A DNA stretch of 64,000 bases, taken from positions 474,763 to 538,762 of the forward strand of contig JACPDA010000004.1 in NCBI GenBank assembly GCA_016184225.1, in the 5' to 3' direction. Of this stretch, positions 49,364-58,150 are shown piece by piece (position 1 is the first letter of the stretch; the number at the start of each line of letters is the position of its first letter). This DNA comes from Candidatus Daviesbacteria bacterium (lineage in GTDB: Bacteria; Patescibacteriota; Microgenomatia; Daviesbacterales; UBA10151). A program made the translations under genes and the position numbers. Under the pieces are notes generated by a model. That model did not search any database, was not told where the DNA came from, and worked only from the letters and a program-made list of their open reading frames with translations.

Positions 49364-50524
49364 ATGTTAATCAAACCCGATGTACAGAGATTTGCCAAGA
49401 TTAAAGTAATGGGGCTCGGTGGTGGTGGCTCAAACTCCTTAAACTCGATGATTTCCCTTCAACAGATCCAGGGGGTTGAATTTGTGGCTGTTAATACTGA
49501 CGCGCAGGCATTAATGAACAATCAGTCTCCTACTAAGGTTCAGATCGGAGAAACTTTAACTAAAGGTCTGGGGTCAGGCGGAGATCCGGAAGTAGGAAGA
49601 CAGGCTGCCGAAGAGTCAACCCAAAAACTTCAAGATGTACTGCAGGATGCCGATATGGTCTTTTTGACAGCAGGCATGGGAGGGGGGACCGGCACAGGTT
49701 CTATACCGATAGTGGCTTCCGTGGCCAGAACAATTGGCGCTTTAACTGTGGCTGTAGTTACTAAACCTTTTGCGTTTGAAGGGACCAGACGTATGGTGGT
49801 AGCAGAAGAGGGGCTAGAGAAACTTAGAGATAAAGTAGATGCGCTAATTGTTATTCCCAACCAAAGACTACTGGAAACCGTTGAGAAGAATATGACCTTA
49901 CAGGAGGCATTTAAGTTGGCAGACTCAGTACTGGGCCAGGGGGTTCAGGGTATCTCAGATCTTATTACCATGCCGGGACTTATTAATGTTGATTTTGCGG
50001 ATGTTAAAGCCATTATGTCTAATGCCGGTTCGGCTCTGATGGGAATAGGTGTGGCAGGCGGGGAGAATAGGGCGGCTGCTGCAGCCAGGATGGCAATAGC
50101 TTCCCCGCTTTTGGAAGTTTCAATTGAAGGCGCTAAGGGAGTACTGTTTAATATTGTAGGTGGGCCTGATCTTTCCATGACAGAAGTAAACGAGGCAGCC
50201 CAGATTATTGCCCAGGCGGCAGATCCGGATGCCAATATAATATTCGGTGCCACAATTAAGGAAGACCAGTTAGACCAGATAAAGATTTCGGTTATAGCCA
50301 CAGGTTTTGACGAAACCAGGAGAAGACTGCGGGAGTATATTGGTAATGGTATTGGTTCTGCTACGATGCAGCAGAGTACCGGTTGGACAAGCCCGAACCC
50401 ACCGGCAGATGATTCACAAACACCTCAGGCGGTAGCAGCAGAAGAAGGGGAAGCTGAAGAGGTAAAGACTGAAGAAAACGATGAAGATTTGGAAATCCCC
50501 GCATTCCTTCGCAGCAACCGCTAG
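49364..50524 (+). CDS. ftsZ: cell division GTPase FtsZ
   Basis: KVMGLGGGGSNSLN...GLGSGGDPEVG...GMGGGTGTGSIP, then an acidic C-terminal tail (DLEIPAFLR). The ORF track uses a TTG at 49334; the ATG at 49364 matches the conserved FtsZ N-terminus. Confidence 0.9.
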   Translation: MLIKPDVQRFAKIKVMGLGGGGSNSLNSMISLQQIQGVEFVAVNTDAQALMNNQSPTKVQIGETLTKGLGSGGDPEVGRQAAEESTQKLQDVLQDADMVFLTAGMGGGTGTGSIPIVASVARTIGALTVAVVTKPFAFEGTRRMVVAEEGLEKLRDKVDALIVIPNQRLLETVEKNMTLQEAFKLADSVLGQGVQGISDLITMPGLINVDFADVKAIMSNAGSALMGIGVAGGENRAAAAARMAIASPLLEVSIEGAKGVLFNIVGGPDLSMTEVNEAAQIIAQAADPDANIIFGATIKEDQLDQIKISVIATGFDETRRRLREYIGNGIGSATMQQSTGWTSPNPPADDSQTPQAVAAEEGEAEEVKTEENDEDLEIPAFLRSNR

Positions 50525-50559
50525 CCTCGAACTTTATATTCTGTTAGAATATCTCCATT

Positions 50560-53454
50560 ATGGCCAAATTCAAAACAGTTTCGTCACAAGTTGATTTTCC
50601 AGCTCTTGAGAGAGAATTATTGGGCTATTGGGACAAAGAAGGAATAGTTGAAAAATACCTCAATAAAAACAAATCTGCTGATAAAAAGTTTTCCTTCTTA
50701 GACGGGCCGATTACTGCTAATAACCCGATGGGCGTCCATCATGCCTGGGGCAGGACGTATAAAGACCTCTGGCAGCGATTTTTTAATATGCAGGGATACA
50801 AGCAAAGGTTCCAAAATGGTTTTGATGAGCAAGGGCTTTGGGTAGAAGTGGAAGTTGAGAAAGAGCTTGGTTTAAGAAACAAAAAAGAGATTGAGAATTT
50901 AGTCCCAGGCGATAAATTTAAAAGCTTAGAAAAATTTATTAACCTTTGTAAAGAAAGGGTGAAAAAATACTCCGGTATCCAAACCGAGCAATCAAAAAGA
51001 TTGGGTTACTTTATGGATTGGAATAACTCTTACCACACCTCTTCCGACGAAAACAATTATGCTATCTGGAATTTCCTAAAGGTAGTCGATGAAAAGGGGT
51101 GGCTCTACAAAGGTCATGATAGTGTACCTTGGTGTCCAAGGTGTGGAACAGCCATATCGCAACACGAAATTCTGACTGAAAATTATGATGAAATTATTCA
51201 TGAGTCCGTTTATTTTAAATTGCCTATTAAAGGAAGGAATCAGGAATACTTGGTTGTTTGGACTACAACCCCCTGGACAATCCCCGCTAATGTGGCGGTG
51301 GCAGCTGATCCAAAAGAGGAATATTGGGGCTTACAGGTTGGATCAGAAATACTTTGGGTGATGGGAAAAAGAGCTCAGGCTTTGAGAGAGATTGAGGGAT
51401 TAGGGAGAGCAGAGGGAAAGAGGGTAATAAAGGGTGAGGATCTGATAGGTTTAGAATATGATGCTCCGTTTGATCATTTACCAAGAGTCAATAAAGCTTT
51501 GGGAGAATATATACACAGGGTAGTAGAAAATGACGAGCTTATTTTACCTATAAGCGGTGAAGAGGGGACTGGTTTGGTACATGTAGCTCCCGGAGCGGGA
51601 AGCGAGGATTTTAAACTGGGAGTAAAATTAGGACTTCCGGTAATTGAATTGATTGATGAAGAGGCAAACTATTTAAGCGAAATGGAGGATTTTTCAGGAA
51701 AGAATGCCAAAAAACATCCTGAACTAATAATAGATTTTCTAAAGGGCAGGGACGGTGGGAAATTCCTGTTCACTACAGACAAAATAAAACACCGCTACCC
51801 TATGTGTTGGAGATGTAAGACAGAGTTAGTTTGGAGGGTAGTGGATGAATGGTATATAGCGATGGATCGTGATGATAACTCAGGCAAGACTTACCGTGAA
51901 CAAATGGTTGAGGTAGCAAAGAAGATCAACTGGATGCCAAAGTGGGGACTCGAGAGGGAATTAGATTGGTTAAAAAATATGCATGATTGGTTAATTTCCA
52001 AGAAAAGGTATTGGGGTTTAGCTTTACCAATTTGGGAGTGCCAAAGTTGCGGTAAATTCGAGGTTGTTGGCAGCAAAGAAGAATTAAAGGAAAAGGCGAT
52101 AGAAGGTTGGGACAAGTTTGAAGGCAATTCGCCTCATCGGCCTTGGGTTGATCAGATAAAGATAAAGTGTGCAAAATGCGGTCACATTACATCCAGGGTG
52201 TCTGATGTAGGGAACCCTTGGTTGGATGCCGGTATTGTGCCTTTTTCAACAATGCCAGAAGACTTTTTCCCGGCTGATTTTGTCACAGAGGCATTTCCCG
52301 GCCAATTTAAGAATTGGTTCTATTCGATGATTGCAATGAGTACTGCCCTTAAGAGAACAAATCCACTTAAGAGCTTACTGGGACATGCATCTGTGATGGA
52401 TGAAAAAGGGGAGGAGATGCATAAATCTAAAGGGAATGCCATTGATTTTAATGAAGCTGCCGACAAAATCGGCGTGGATGTAATGAGGTGGCTATATGTC
52501 AGTCAAAATCCCGAGAATAACTTAAATTTTGGCTATAGAGTTACGGATGAGATACGAAGAAGATTTTATTTGATTTTATGGAACAGTTATAAATTTTTTG
52601 TCGATTATGCCCAACTTTCTGATTGGAATCCCGAAACAAGAAGAGAAAATTTGTCTGTTTTAGATAAATGGGTTTTAGCCAGGTTAACAGTGATAACTTT
52701 ACTGGTAAACAATAGATTAGCTAAATATGATGCAGCAGGTTCTGCTAAGGCTTTGGAAGAGTTTGTAGTGGAAGATTTTTCAACATGGTATATCAGAAGG
52801 TCAAGGGATAGAGTAGGTCTTGATGCAAACGAGGCTGACCGTAATGCAGCACTTTCGGTAATGCATGAAGTACTAGTAACCATCAGTAAACTTTTGACTC
52901 CTTTTATGCCATTTATATCAGAGGCAATGTTTAAGAATTTAGTAGGTAAAGAGTCGGTGCATTTAGAGGAATTTCCGAAAGGGGATAGCGCTTTATTGGA
53001 TAAAGGTCTTATTGAAGATATGGTAAGAATCCGGAAAATTGCCGAGGTAGCGCATGCAAAAAGGAAAGAAGCAGGGATTAAACTAAGGCAGCCGTTAGCT
53101 TCTATATTATATAAATTGCCTGAAAGATTGGACGGGCAGTTGGAGGAGATTTTAGCTAAAGAGCTTAATGTAAAGAAGGTTGAATACCAAAAATCCTCAT
53201 TACAAGAGCCGGAAGTTAGCTTGGATACTAAAATTACCCAGGTACTTAAAGAAGAGGGTGAGGCGCGGGATTTAATTAGGCAGATACAACAACTTAGGAA
53301 AGAACAAGGCTTAACTTTGGCTGATAAAACTAAAATTATTGTGCCTTCCTGGCCAAGAACTTTTGAAAAACAGATACTTGCAGGAACAGCCTCTGTTTCA
53401 ATAGAAAAAGGCGAACAGTTTGCGGTGTTCAAGTTAAATGAAAAGTCTAACTAA
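50560..53454 (+). CDS. ileS: isoleucine--tRNA ligase (type 2, eukaryote/archaeal-like)
   Basis: PITANNPMGVHHAWGRTYKD (HxGH region), an editing domain, a KMSKS variant HKSKGN and zinc-finger cysteines (CPRCG, CQSCG, CAKCG). Confidence 0.9.
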   Translation: MAKFKTVSSQVDFPALERELLGYWDKEGIVEKYLNKNKSADKKFSFLDGPITANNPMGVHHAWGRTYKDLWQRFFNMQGYKQRFQNGFDEQGLWVEVEVEKELGLRNKKEIENLVPGDKFKSLEKFINLCKERVKKYSGIQTEQSKRLGYFMDWNNSYHTSSDENNYAIWNFLKVVDEKGWLYKGHDSVPWCPRCGTAISQHEILTENYDEIIHESVYFKLPIKGRNQEYLVVWTTTPWTIPANVAVAADPKEEYWGLQVGSEILWVMGKRAQALREIEGLGRAEGKRVIKGEDLIGLEYDAPFDHLPRVNKALGEYIHRVVENDELILPISGEEGTGLVHVAPGAGSEDFKLGVKLGLPVIELIDEEANYLSEMEDFSGKNAKKHPELIIDFLKGRDGGKFLFTTDKIKHRYPMCWRCKTELVWRVVDEWYIAMDRDDNSGKTYREQMVEVAKKINWMPKWGLERELDWLKNMHDWLISKKRYWGLALPIWECQSCGKFEVVGSKEELKEKAIEGWDKFEGNSPHRPWVDQIKIKCAKCGHITSRVSDVGNPWLDAGIVPFSTMPEDFFPADFVTEAFPGQFKNWFYSMIAMSTALKRTNPLKSLLGHASVMDEKGEEMHKSKGNAIDFNEAADKIGVDVMRWLYVSQNPENNLNFGYRVTDEIRRRFYLILWNSYKFFVDYAQLSDWNPETRRENLSVLDKWVLARLTVITLLVNNRLAKYDAAGSAKALEEFVVEDFSTWYIRRSRDRVGLDANEADRNAALSVMHEVLVTISKLLTPFMPFISEAMFKNLVGKESVHLEEFPKGDSALLDKGLIEDMVRIRKIAEVAHAKRKEAGIKLRQPLASILYKLPERLDGQLEEILAKELNVKKVEYQKSSLQEPEVSLDTKITQVLKEEGEARDLIRQIQQLRKEQGLTLADKTKIIVPSWPRTFEKQILAGTASVSIEKGEQFAVFKLNEKSN

Positions 53455-54523
53455 TTTTAACTTCCCAATCAGCCTGGCCAGCTTTTTACTGGTGTCTATC
53501 GGTATACTGGTGATTTTTTCTTCTTCAAAGGAATTAGCGATCCAGCAATCGGTATTTACGGTAATTGGCCTGGTATTTTTTTTCTTTGTCTCACAGATTG
53601 AACTTTCGTCAATTAAAAATTTGATTAAACCAATGTATATTTTTATTTTTATATTGCTTATGGCTGTCTTGGTCTTAGGGTTTGAAACAAGAGGGTCGCT
53701 TCGTTGGATCCCCCTGGGGGTTTTTAATGTCCAGCCTTCTGAATTTGCCAAGCCGATTTTAATATTATTTTTGGCCAGATTTTGGTCGGGCAGGCTGCCC
53801 TCCTGGCAGAATATCTTTAAAAGCTTGCTTTACTCCGCTCCTTTTATTTTGCTAATTTTTAAACAGCCTGATCTTGGTTCGGCACTTACCATAGTTTCTA
53901 TTTGGCTGGGAATGTTATTTGCGGCTCAAGTATCGGTTAAAAAACTGCTTATACTGGCTTTAGTATTCACATTGATAATCCCTATTGGCTGGTCATTTTT
54001 GCATGATTATCAAAAGGAACGTATTACGAGCTTTTTGACACCGGGATCTGATCCTTTAGGGAAGGGTTATAACTTAATACAATCGACAATTGCCGTGGGA
54101 TCAGGAGAATTTTTAGGAAGAGGATTAGGAAGGGGTACCCAGTCAAGGCTACAATTCTTACCGGAATTTAGAACGGATTTTATATTTGCTTCCATTGCGG
54201 AAGAAATGGGATTTGTGGGTTCAGTGTTAATTTTGTCACTATATCTATTTTTATTGGCTTATTTTTTACGAGTTGCCCAAAGAGTAAATAACTCATTTAA
54301 CCTGTTGGTTACAGTGGGGGTATTATCAATGTTTCTATTCCAGGTTGTAGTTAATATTGGAATGAATGTGGGGCTTTTGCCGATAACCGGTATTACTCTA
54401 CCACTCATTTCATATGGGGGAAGTTCTTTGATAGCTACCTTTTTATCTTTGGGGATGGTGGCATCTTGCGCAGGAAATAAAAAAGGTATAAAATCCACTC
54501 ATGCTAAATTATACAATTTGTGA
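53438..54523 (+). CDS. rodA: SEDS-family protein RodA-like (second SEDS paralog)
   Basis: 361 aa, 10 TM helices, ...PEFRTDFIFASIAEEMGFVG..., LPLISYGGSS. Confidence 0.8.
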   Translation: MKSLTNFNFPISLASFLLVSIGILVIFSSSKELAIQQSVFTVIGLVFFFFVSQIELSSIKNLIKPMYIFIFILLMAVLVLGFETRGSLRWIPLGVFNVQPSEFAKPILILFLARFWSGRLPSWQNIFKSLLYSAPFILLIFKQPDLGSALTIVSIWLGMLFAAQVSVKKLLILALVFTLIIPIGWSFLHDYQKERITSFLTPGSDPLGKGYNLIQSTIAVGSGEFLGRGLGRGTQSRLQFLPEFRTDFIFASIAEEMGFVGSVLILSLYLFLLAYFLRVAQRVNNSFNLLVTVGVLSMFLFQVVVNIGMNVGLLPITGITLPLISYGGSSLIATFLSLGMVASCAGNKKGIKSTHAKLYNL

Positions 54524-54809
54524 AATTTCCGGAAAACAATATAAAGTAATTCCGGGCCAGGTTTTGGAGATTGCTTTGCAGGAAGGGACTGATCCAGAGA
54601 TTGAGGCTAATGTTTTACTTTTGTCAGAAGACGGTAAACTAAAGATTGGTAAGCCTTACTTAAAGGAAAAACTGGCTTTAAAGCGTGTTGAAGATAGTAA
54701 GCTCAAAAAAATTAGGATTAGCAAATTCCATGCTAAGGCAAATTATAGAAGGACAACCGGTTTTAGAGCTAAGATTACTAAAGTTGTTTTGCCCGTGAAA
54801 AAAGCTTGA
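54501..54809 (+). CDS. rplU: 50S ribosomal protein bL21
   Basis: MLNYTICEISGKQYKV...; 102 aa. Confidence 0.85.
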   Translation: MLNYTICEISGKQYKVIPGQVLEIALQEGTDPEIEANVLLLSEDGKLKIGKPYLKEKLALKRVEDSKLKKIRISKFHAKANYRRTTGFRAKITKVVLPVKKA

Positions 54810-54904
54810 CAATCCTTTTCACGCAGTGTATCTTACTATCAAATGAGCGGACACATGAAGGAGATCCTTCGTCGCTTCGCTCCTCAGGATGACAGGGGGT
54901 TTGT

Positions 54905-55150
54905 ATGGCACATAAAACAGGTGGAGGAAGTACCAGGAAAAATAAAGATTCTATTTCCAAGAGATTGGGGGTTAAGCTTTATGGTGGAGAAAAAGCTAGA
55001 GCCGGAAATATCATTGTCCGTCAAAAAGGCAACAAGTTTTATCCGGGAATAGGTACCAAGCAGGGTAACGATTATACAATTTTTGCCATCACTTCCGGCA
55101 AGGTGGAATTTAAGAAAAGATTAAATAAAACCACTGTTAAAATTGTTTAA
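54905..55150 (+). CDS. rpmA: 50S ribosomal protein bL27
   Basis: [29 protein letters not shown]...[16 protein letters not shown]. Confidence 0.9.
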   Translation: MAHKTGGGSTRKNKDSISKRLGVKLYGGEKARAGNIIVRQKGNKFYPGIGTKQGNDYTIFAITSGKVEFKKRLNKTTVKIV

Positions 55151-55155
55151 AAGAT

Positions 55156-56004
55156 ATGGATGAACAAATTTATGAGCTCGAGATAGATCTTCTAGAACCC
55201 AACCCTTTACAGCCAAGGGGGTTAATTGCGCCGGAATCCTTATCAGAACTCGCAGAATCAATAAGGTCTCATGGAGTTTTGGAACCTTTGGTTGTTGCAA
55301 AAACTCCCGCCGGCTATCAAATTATAGCCGGAGAACGAAGGTGGAGAGCTTCCAAATTAATTGGTTTGCCTAAAGTTCCGGTAATCATTAGAGAAACCAG
55401 CCCGCAAGGAATGCTGGAAATGGCTATAGTTGAAAATGTCCAAAGGATAGATTTAAATCCTCTGGAGAGGGCACAGGCGTATAGAAGGCTGATGGATGAA
55501 TTTGGTATGACTAACCAAGAGATCGCTGAACGTGTATCAAAAAGTCCGTCTTATATTTCCAATACAATCAGGCTCCTGATCTTGCCGGATGCGCTAAAAG
55601 ATGCTCTTATGTCCGCAGCTACAACAGAAGGCCATGCCCGAGCCTTAGCTGCATTGGAAGATCCCCATTTAATTATTACTTTATATAAAGAAGTTCTCAA
55701 AAGAAATCTTTCCGTTAGAGGTACAGAGGAGTTAGTTCGCAGGATGAGGGCAAATATGGGGATGGGTCCTAAAAAACAAGCAGATGTTCCCTCGATGCGC
55801 ATTGTTTCCGAAGATATTGATAAAATTCAGGCAGACATCGCTGACACTTTAGCGCAGAGGACAGATAAGGCACAAGTTAAGTGCCAGCTGACTGGTAAAA
55901 GAGCTAAGATGGAACTTATTATCAATGGCGATCCGAGTAAAACAACCTCAGTTTTAGAAGATTTGCACCAGGCAATTGTGGGTTATTTTAAACTTAAAGG
56001 GTAA
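55156..56004 (+). CDS. parB: ParB/Spo0J-family partition protein (no parA adjacent)
   Basis: N-terminal ParB box LQPRGLI...GERRWRA, then a central HTH (MTNQEIAERVSKSPSYISN). Confidence 0.8.
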   Translation: MDEQIYELEIDLLEPNPLQPRGLIAPESLSELAESIRSHGVLEPLVVAKTPAGYQIIAGERRWRASKLIGLPKVPVIIRETSPQGMLEMAIVENVQRIDLNPLERAQAYRRLMDEFGMTNQEIAERVSKSPSYISNTIRLLILPDALKDALMSAATTEGHARALAALEDPHLIITLYKEVLKRNLSVRGTEELVRRMRANMGMGPKKQADVPSMRIVSEDIDKIQADIADTLAQRTDKAQVKCQLTGKRAKMELIINGDPSKTTSVLEDLHQAIVGYFKLKG

Positions 56005-56005
56005 T

Positions 56006-56593
56006 TTACTTATCCAAAAGTAAACCCATGCTTTGTGGAGGGAAGTAGCGGAAAAGCGCCCTGCCGATAATTTCTTTTTTAGTGACCGGCCCCCATTCTC
56101 TTGAATCGGATGAATGTTCCCTATTATCCCCTATTACAAAATATTGATTATTTGCAACTTTAACAGGAGTTCCTTCTGTCAGGAAAGCACCTGCCGGAGT
56201 TAGAGTTCCCGGAGGTAAGTAACTTTCTTTCAAGGATTGGTTATTAAGGTACACGCTATTATTTGAAATTTCTATGGTATCTCCCGGTATAGCTATAATC
56301 CTTTTAATAAAATCCTGGGATTCATCCCGGGGGTTTTTCAATACTATAATTTCTCCTCTTTCAGGTTCTCTAAACCTGTAGCTTAATTTATCTGTAATAA
56401 GATAATCCCCGGTATGGAAGGTGGGAACCATTGAATTACCTTGGACTTTATGGAACTGGGCAACAAATAGGTAAATGGCGGCAAAGATTGCCCCGAATAC
56501 AACTACCGTTTCTATAAATTCAACAAGATATCCTCCTAAACGGCCGAAAAAACTTTTTTGAGGGCTGTCCGCATAATATGTATTTGAATCCAT
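56006..56593 (-). CDS. lepB: signal peptidase I
   Basis: S26 boxes: GNSMVPT (Ser), ...FIKRIIAIPGDTIE..., YFVIGDNREHSSDSREWG. Confidence 0.85.
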   Translation of the reverse strand: MDSNTYYADSPQKSFFGRLGGYLVEFIETVVVFGAIFAAIYLFVAQFHKVQGNSMVPTFHTGDYLITDKLSYRFREPERGEIIVLKNPRDESQDFIKRIIAIPGDTIEISNNSVYLNNQSLKESYLPPGTLTPAGAFLTEGTPVKVANNQYFVIGDNREHSSDSREWGPVTKKEIIGRALFRYFPPQSMGLLLDK

Positions 56594-56620
56594 ATTTTAA
56601 GATTATCTCAGAAACTTAGG

Positions 56621-56649
56621 TTGTGAAGCAAGAGTGGGAATGCTAAAAT
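56621..56649 (+). promoter_or_regulatory. promoter candidate for tRNA-Val (TTGTGA-N17-TAAAAT)
   Basis: Hexamers at 56621-56626 and 56644-56649, 14 nt upstream of the tRNA 5' end. Confidence 0.4.
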
Positions 56650-56663
56650 TACAAGGTTGGTGG

Positions 56664-56737
56664 GGATCCGTAGCTCAGTTGGTTAGAGCGCTTCGTTCAC
56701 ATCGAAGAGGTCAGAAGTTCGAGTCTTCTCGGGTCCA
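56664..56737 (+). tRNA. tRNA-Val (anticodon CAC)
   Basis: Manual fold. Acceptor GGATCCG/CGGGTCC (7 bp, one G-U). D-arm GCTC-AGTTGGTTA-GAGC. Anticodon arm CTTCG-TTCACAT-CGAAG with CAC at positions 34-36. T-arm AGAAG-TTCGAGT-CTTCT. Discriminator A; CCA not encoded. Confidence 0.85.
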
Positions 56738-56963
56738 CTTTTAGGGATTCTCCGGAATCCTGCGTAGGCCTGCTCTGCCCGCCTAGCCGCGAGGCTGGCA
56801 AAGCCCTGATTGTACTCCACAATTTTGAACTTTTCTTCGAAAAGTTCGTTTTTCTTTTTCTTGTAAGTTTCAGAATCTGTAACTTGGTCTAAGTAACCAT
56901 CCAAGCATATAAATCTGAACATTAATCTTAACTGAAATAAGTTGTGGTATAGTTCAGTAACAG

Positions 56964-57557
56964 ATGGCTATAGTTATTTCAGCAGATGAGATTAAAAAGG
57001 AATTGAAAGGTTACACTCCTAACCTTGCAGAAAAGTTTCATGCTGAATCTGCAAAAATGGCTGATCAAGAATTCGAAAAAGAAATTAAGAATACCTCGTA
57101 TAAAGAGATAATTTTAGTCTGCGGCGGATCGGCTTCTGGAAAAAGTGAGTTTTTAGCTACCCAACTAGCTGATAGGGAGAGCGTAATTTTCGATGGTACC
57201 TTATCCTCAACAAAAAGAGCAGAAAGAAAACTTAAAAAAATTATTAAAGAGAGTAAAACGCCGATAATTTACGCAGTAATACCGGATGATTTAAAAAGAG
57301 CTTTCATTGCATTCTTAAGGAGAGATAGAAAATTTAGAGATACTCATTTTTACAGAACACATTCCAGTTCAAGGAAAACATTGCTTTGGATCGCCTTAAA
57401 TTATCCGAAAGTGGAAATAAATATTGTAGAGAGTTCCTACACAAGTTCCAAAGGACTTCAATTTATCAGGATAAAGCTTGATAACAGGCAAAAGCTAATT
57501 GAGTATTTGATTGGTTTGCAAATGACAGAAGATGATATAATTAAGCAAACAATATAA
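56964..57557 (+). CDS. P-loop kinase of the zeta-toxin / chloramphenicol-phosphotransferase-like superfamily
   Basis: Walker A LVCGGSASGKS at residue ~50, then ESVIFDGTL (the Asp-after-P-loop arrangement of zeta/CPT kinases); 197 aa. Confidence 0.55.
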   Translation: MAIVISADEIKKELKGYTPNLAEKFHAESAKMADQEFEKEIKNTSYKEIILVCGGSASGKSEFLATQLADRESVIFDGTLSSTKRAERKLKKIIKESKTPIIYAVIPDDLKRAFIAFLRRDRKFRDTHFYRTHSSSRKTLLWIALNYPKVEINIVESSYTSSKGLQFIRIKLDNRQKLIEYLIGLQMTEDDIIKQTI

Positions 57558-57572
57558 ACATAAACCCCAATT

Positions 57573-57875
57573 ATGAAAAAAATATTCTATAAAACAAATC
57601 AGAATGATCCTCAGGTAAGAGCATATAAAGAAGCGGTTGAGAGAGGCAGACAAGATCACCATGTTGTATATAAGGATGATTCGTGGAGAGTAATTCGCGG
57701 TGATGCACAAAGACCACTAGAAACATTCAGCACACAAGAAGAAGCTATAAAACGAGCCAAATTAATTGCTAGAAGTCAAGGTACAGCAGTATATATACAT
57801 GGAGTTGATGGAAGAATTAGAGAAAGAGAAAGTTATGGAAATGATCCATTTCCTCCAAGAAACGTAACTCATTAA
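57573..57875 (+). CDS. DUF2188 domain protein
   Basis: HHVVYKDDSWRVIRGDAQRPLETFSTQEEAIKRAKLIARSQGTAVYIHGVDGRIRERESYGNDPFPP matches what I remember of the DUF2188 consensus. Confidence 0.6.
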   Translation: MKKIFYKTNQNDPQVRAYKEAVERGRQDHHVVYKDDSWRVIRGDAQRPLETFSTQEEAIKRAKLIARSQGTAVYIHGVDGRIRERESYGNDPFPPRNVTH

Positions 57876-57906
57876 GGTTTATTATTGTAAACCTGAAAGG
57901 AGAAAA

Positions 57907-57927
57907 CCGCGGACTTTCAGTCCGCGG
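57907..57927. terminator. bidirectional terminator hairpin between convergent genes
   Basis: CCGCGGACT-TTC-AGTCCGCGG perfect 9-bp GC-rich stem. On the minus strand it is followed by TTTTCTCCTTTC. A second hairpin GGTTTA-N6-TAAACC lies at 57876-57893. Confidence 0.5.
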
Positions 57928-58150
57928 AAGTCTATAAAAATCGCGCGCATTGTGCTTTCTGCCTTTTCAAAAAATAAAGACGTGGCCGAGGGCCAATAGA
58001 GCGAGGTTGTCCTGCCTGCCGGCAAGGCAGTGATTACAGGTTTAGGTAGAAAACAGATAGAGCTGGACGCGAGCGACGCCTACATCGATTGAAATTTCGT
58101 TCGGATTTGTCGATATAGGTCCACAGATTGGGATTTTGGATAGTTAAGGC

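Noticed and set aside
54843-55052. 69-aa ORF between rplU and rpmA
   Set aside because: It overlaps the well-supported rpmA reading frame in another frame and has no Prp-like features, so it is likely spurious. The intergenic DNA is better explained as a promoter/leader for rpmA.
56683-56922. 79-aa minus-strand ORF
   Set aside because: It overlaps the confidently folded tRNA-Val and a GC-rich palindromic noncoding stretch. It has no start context.
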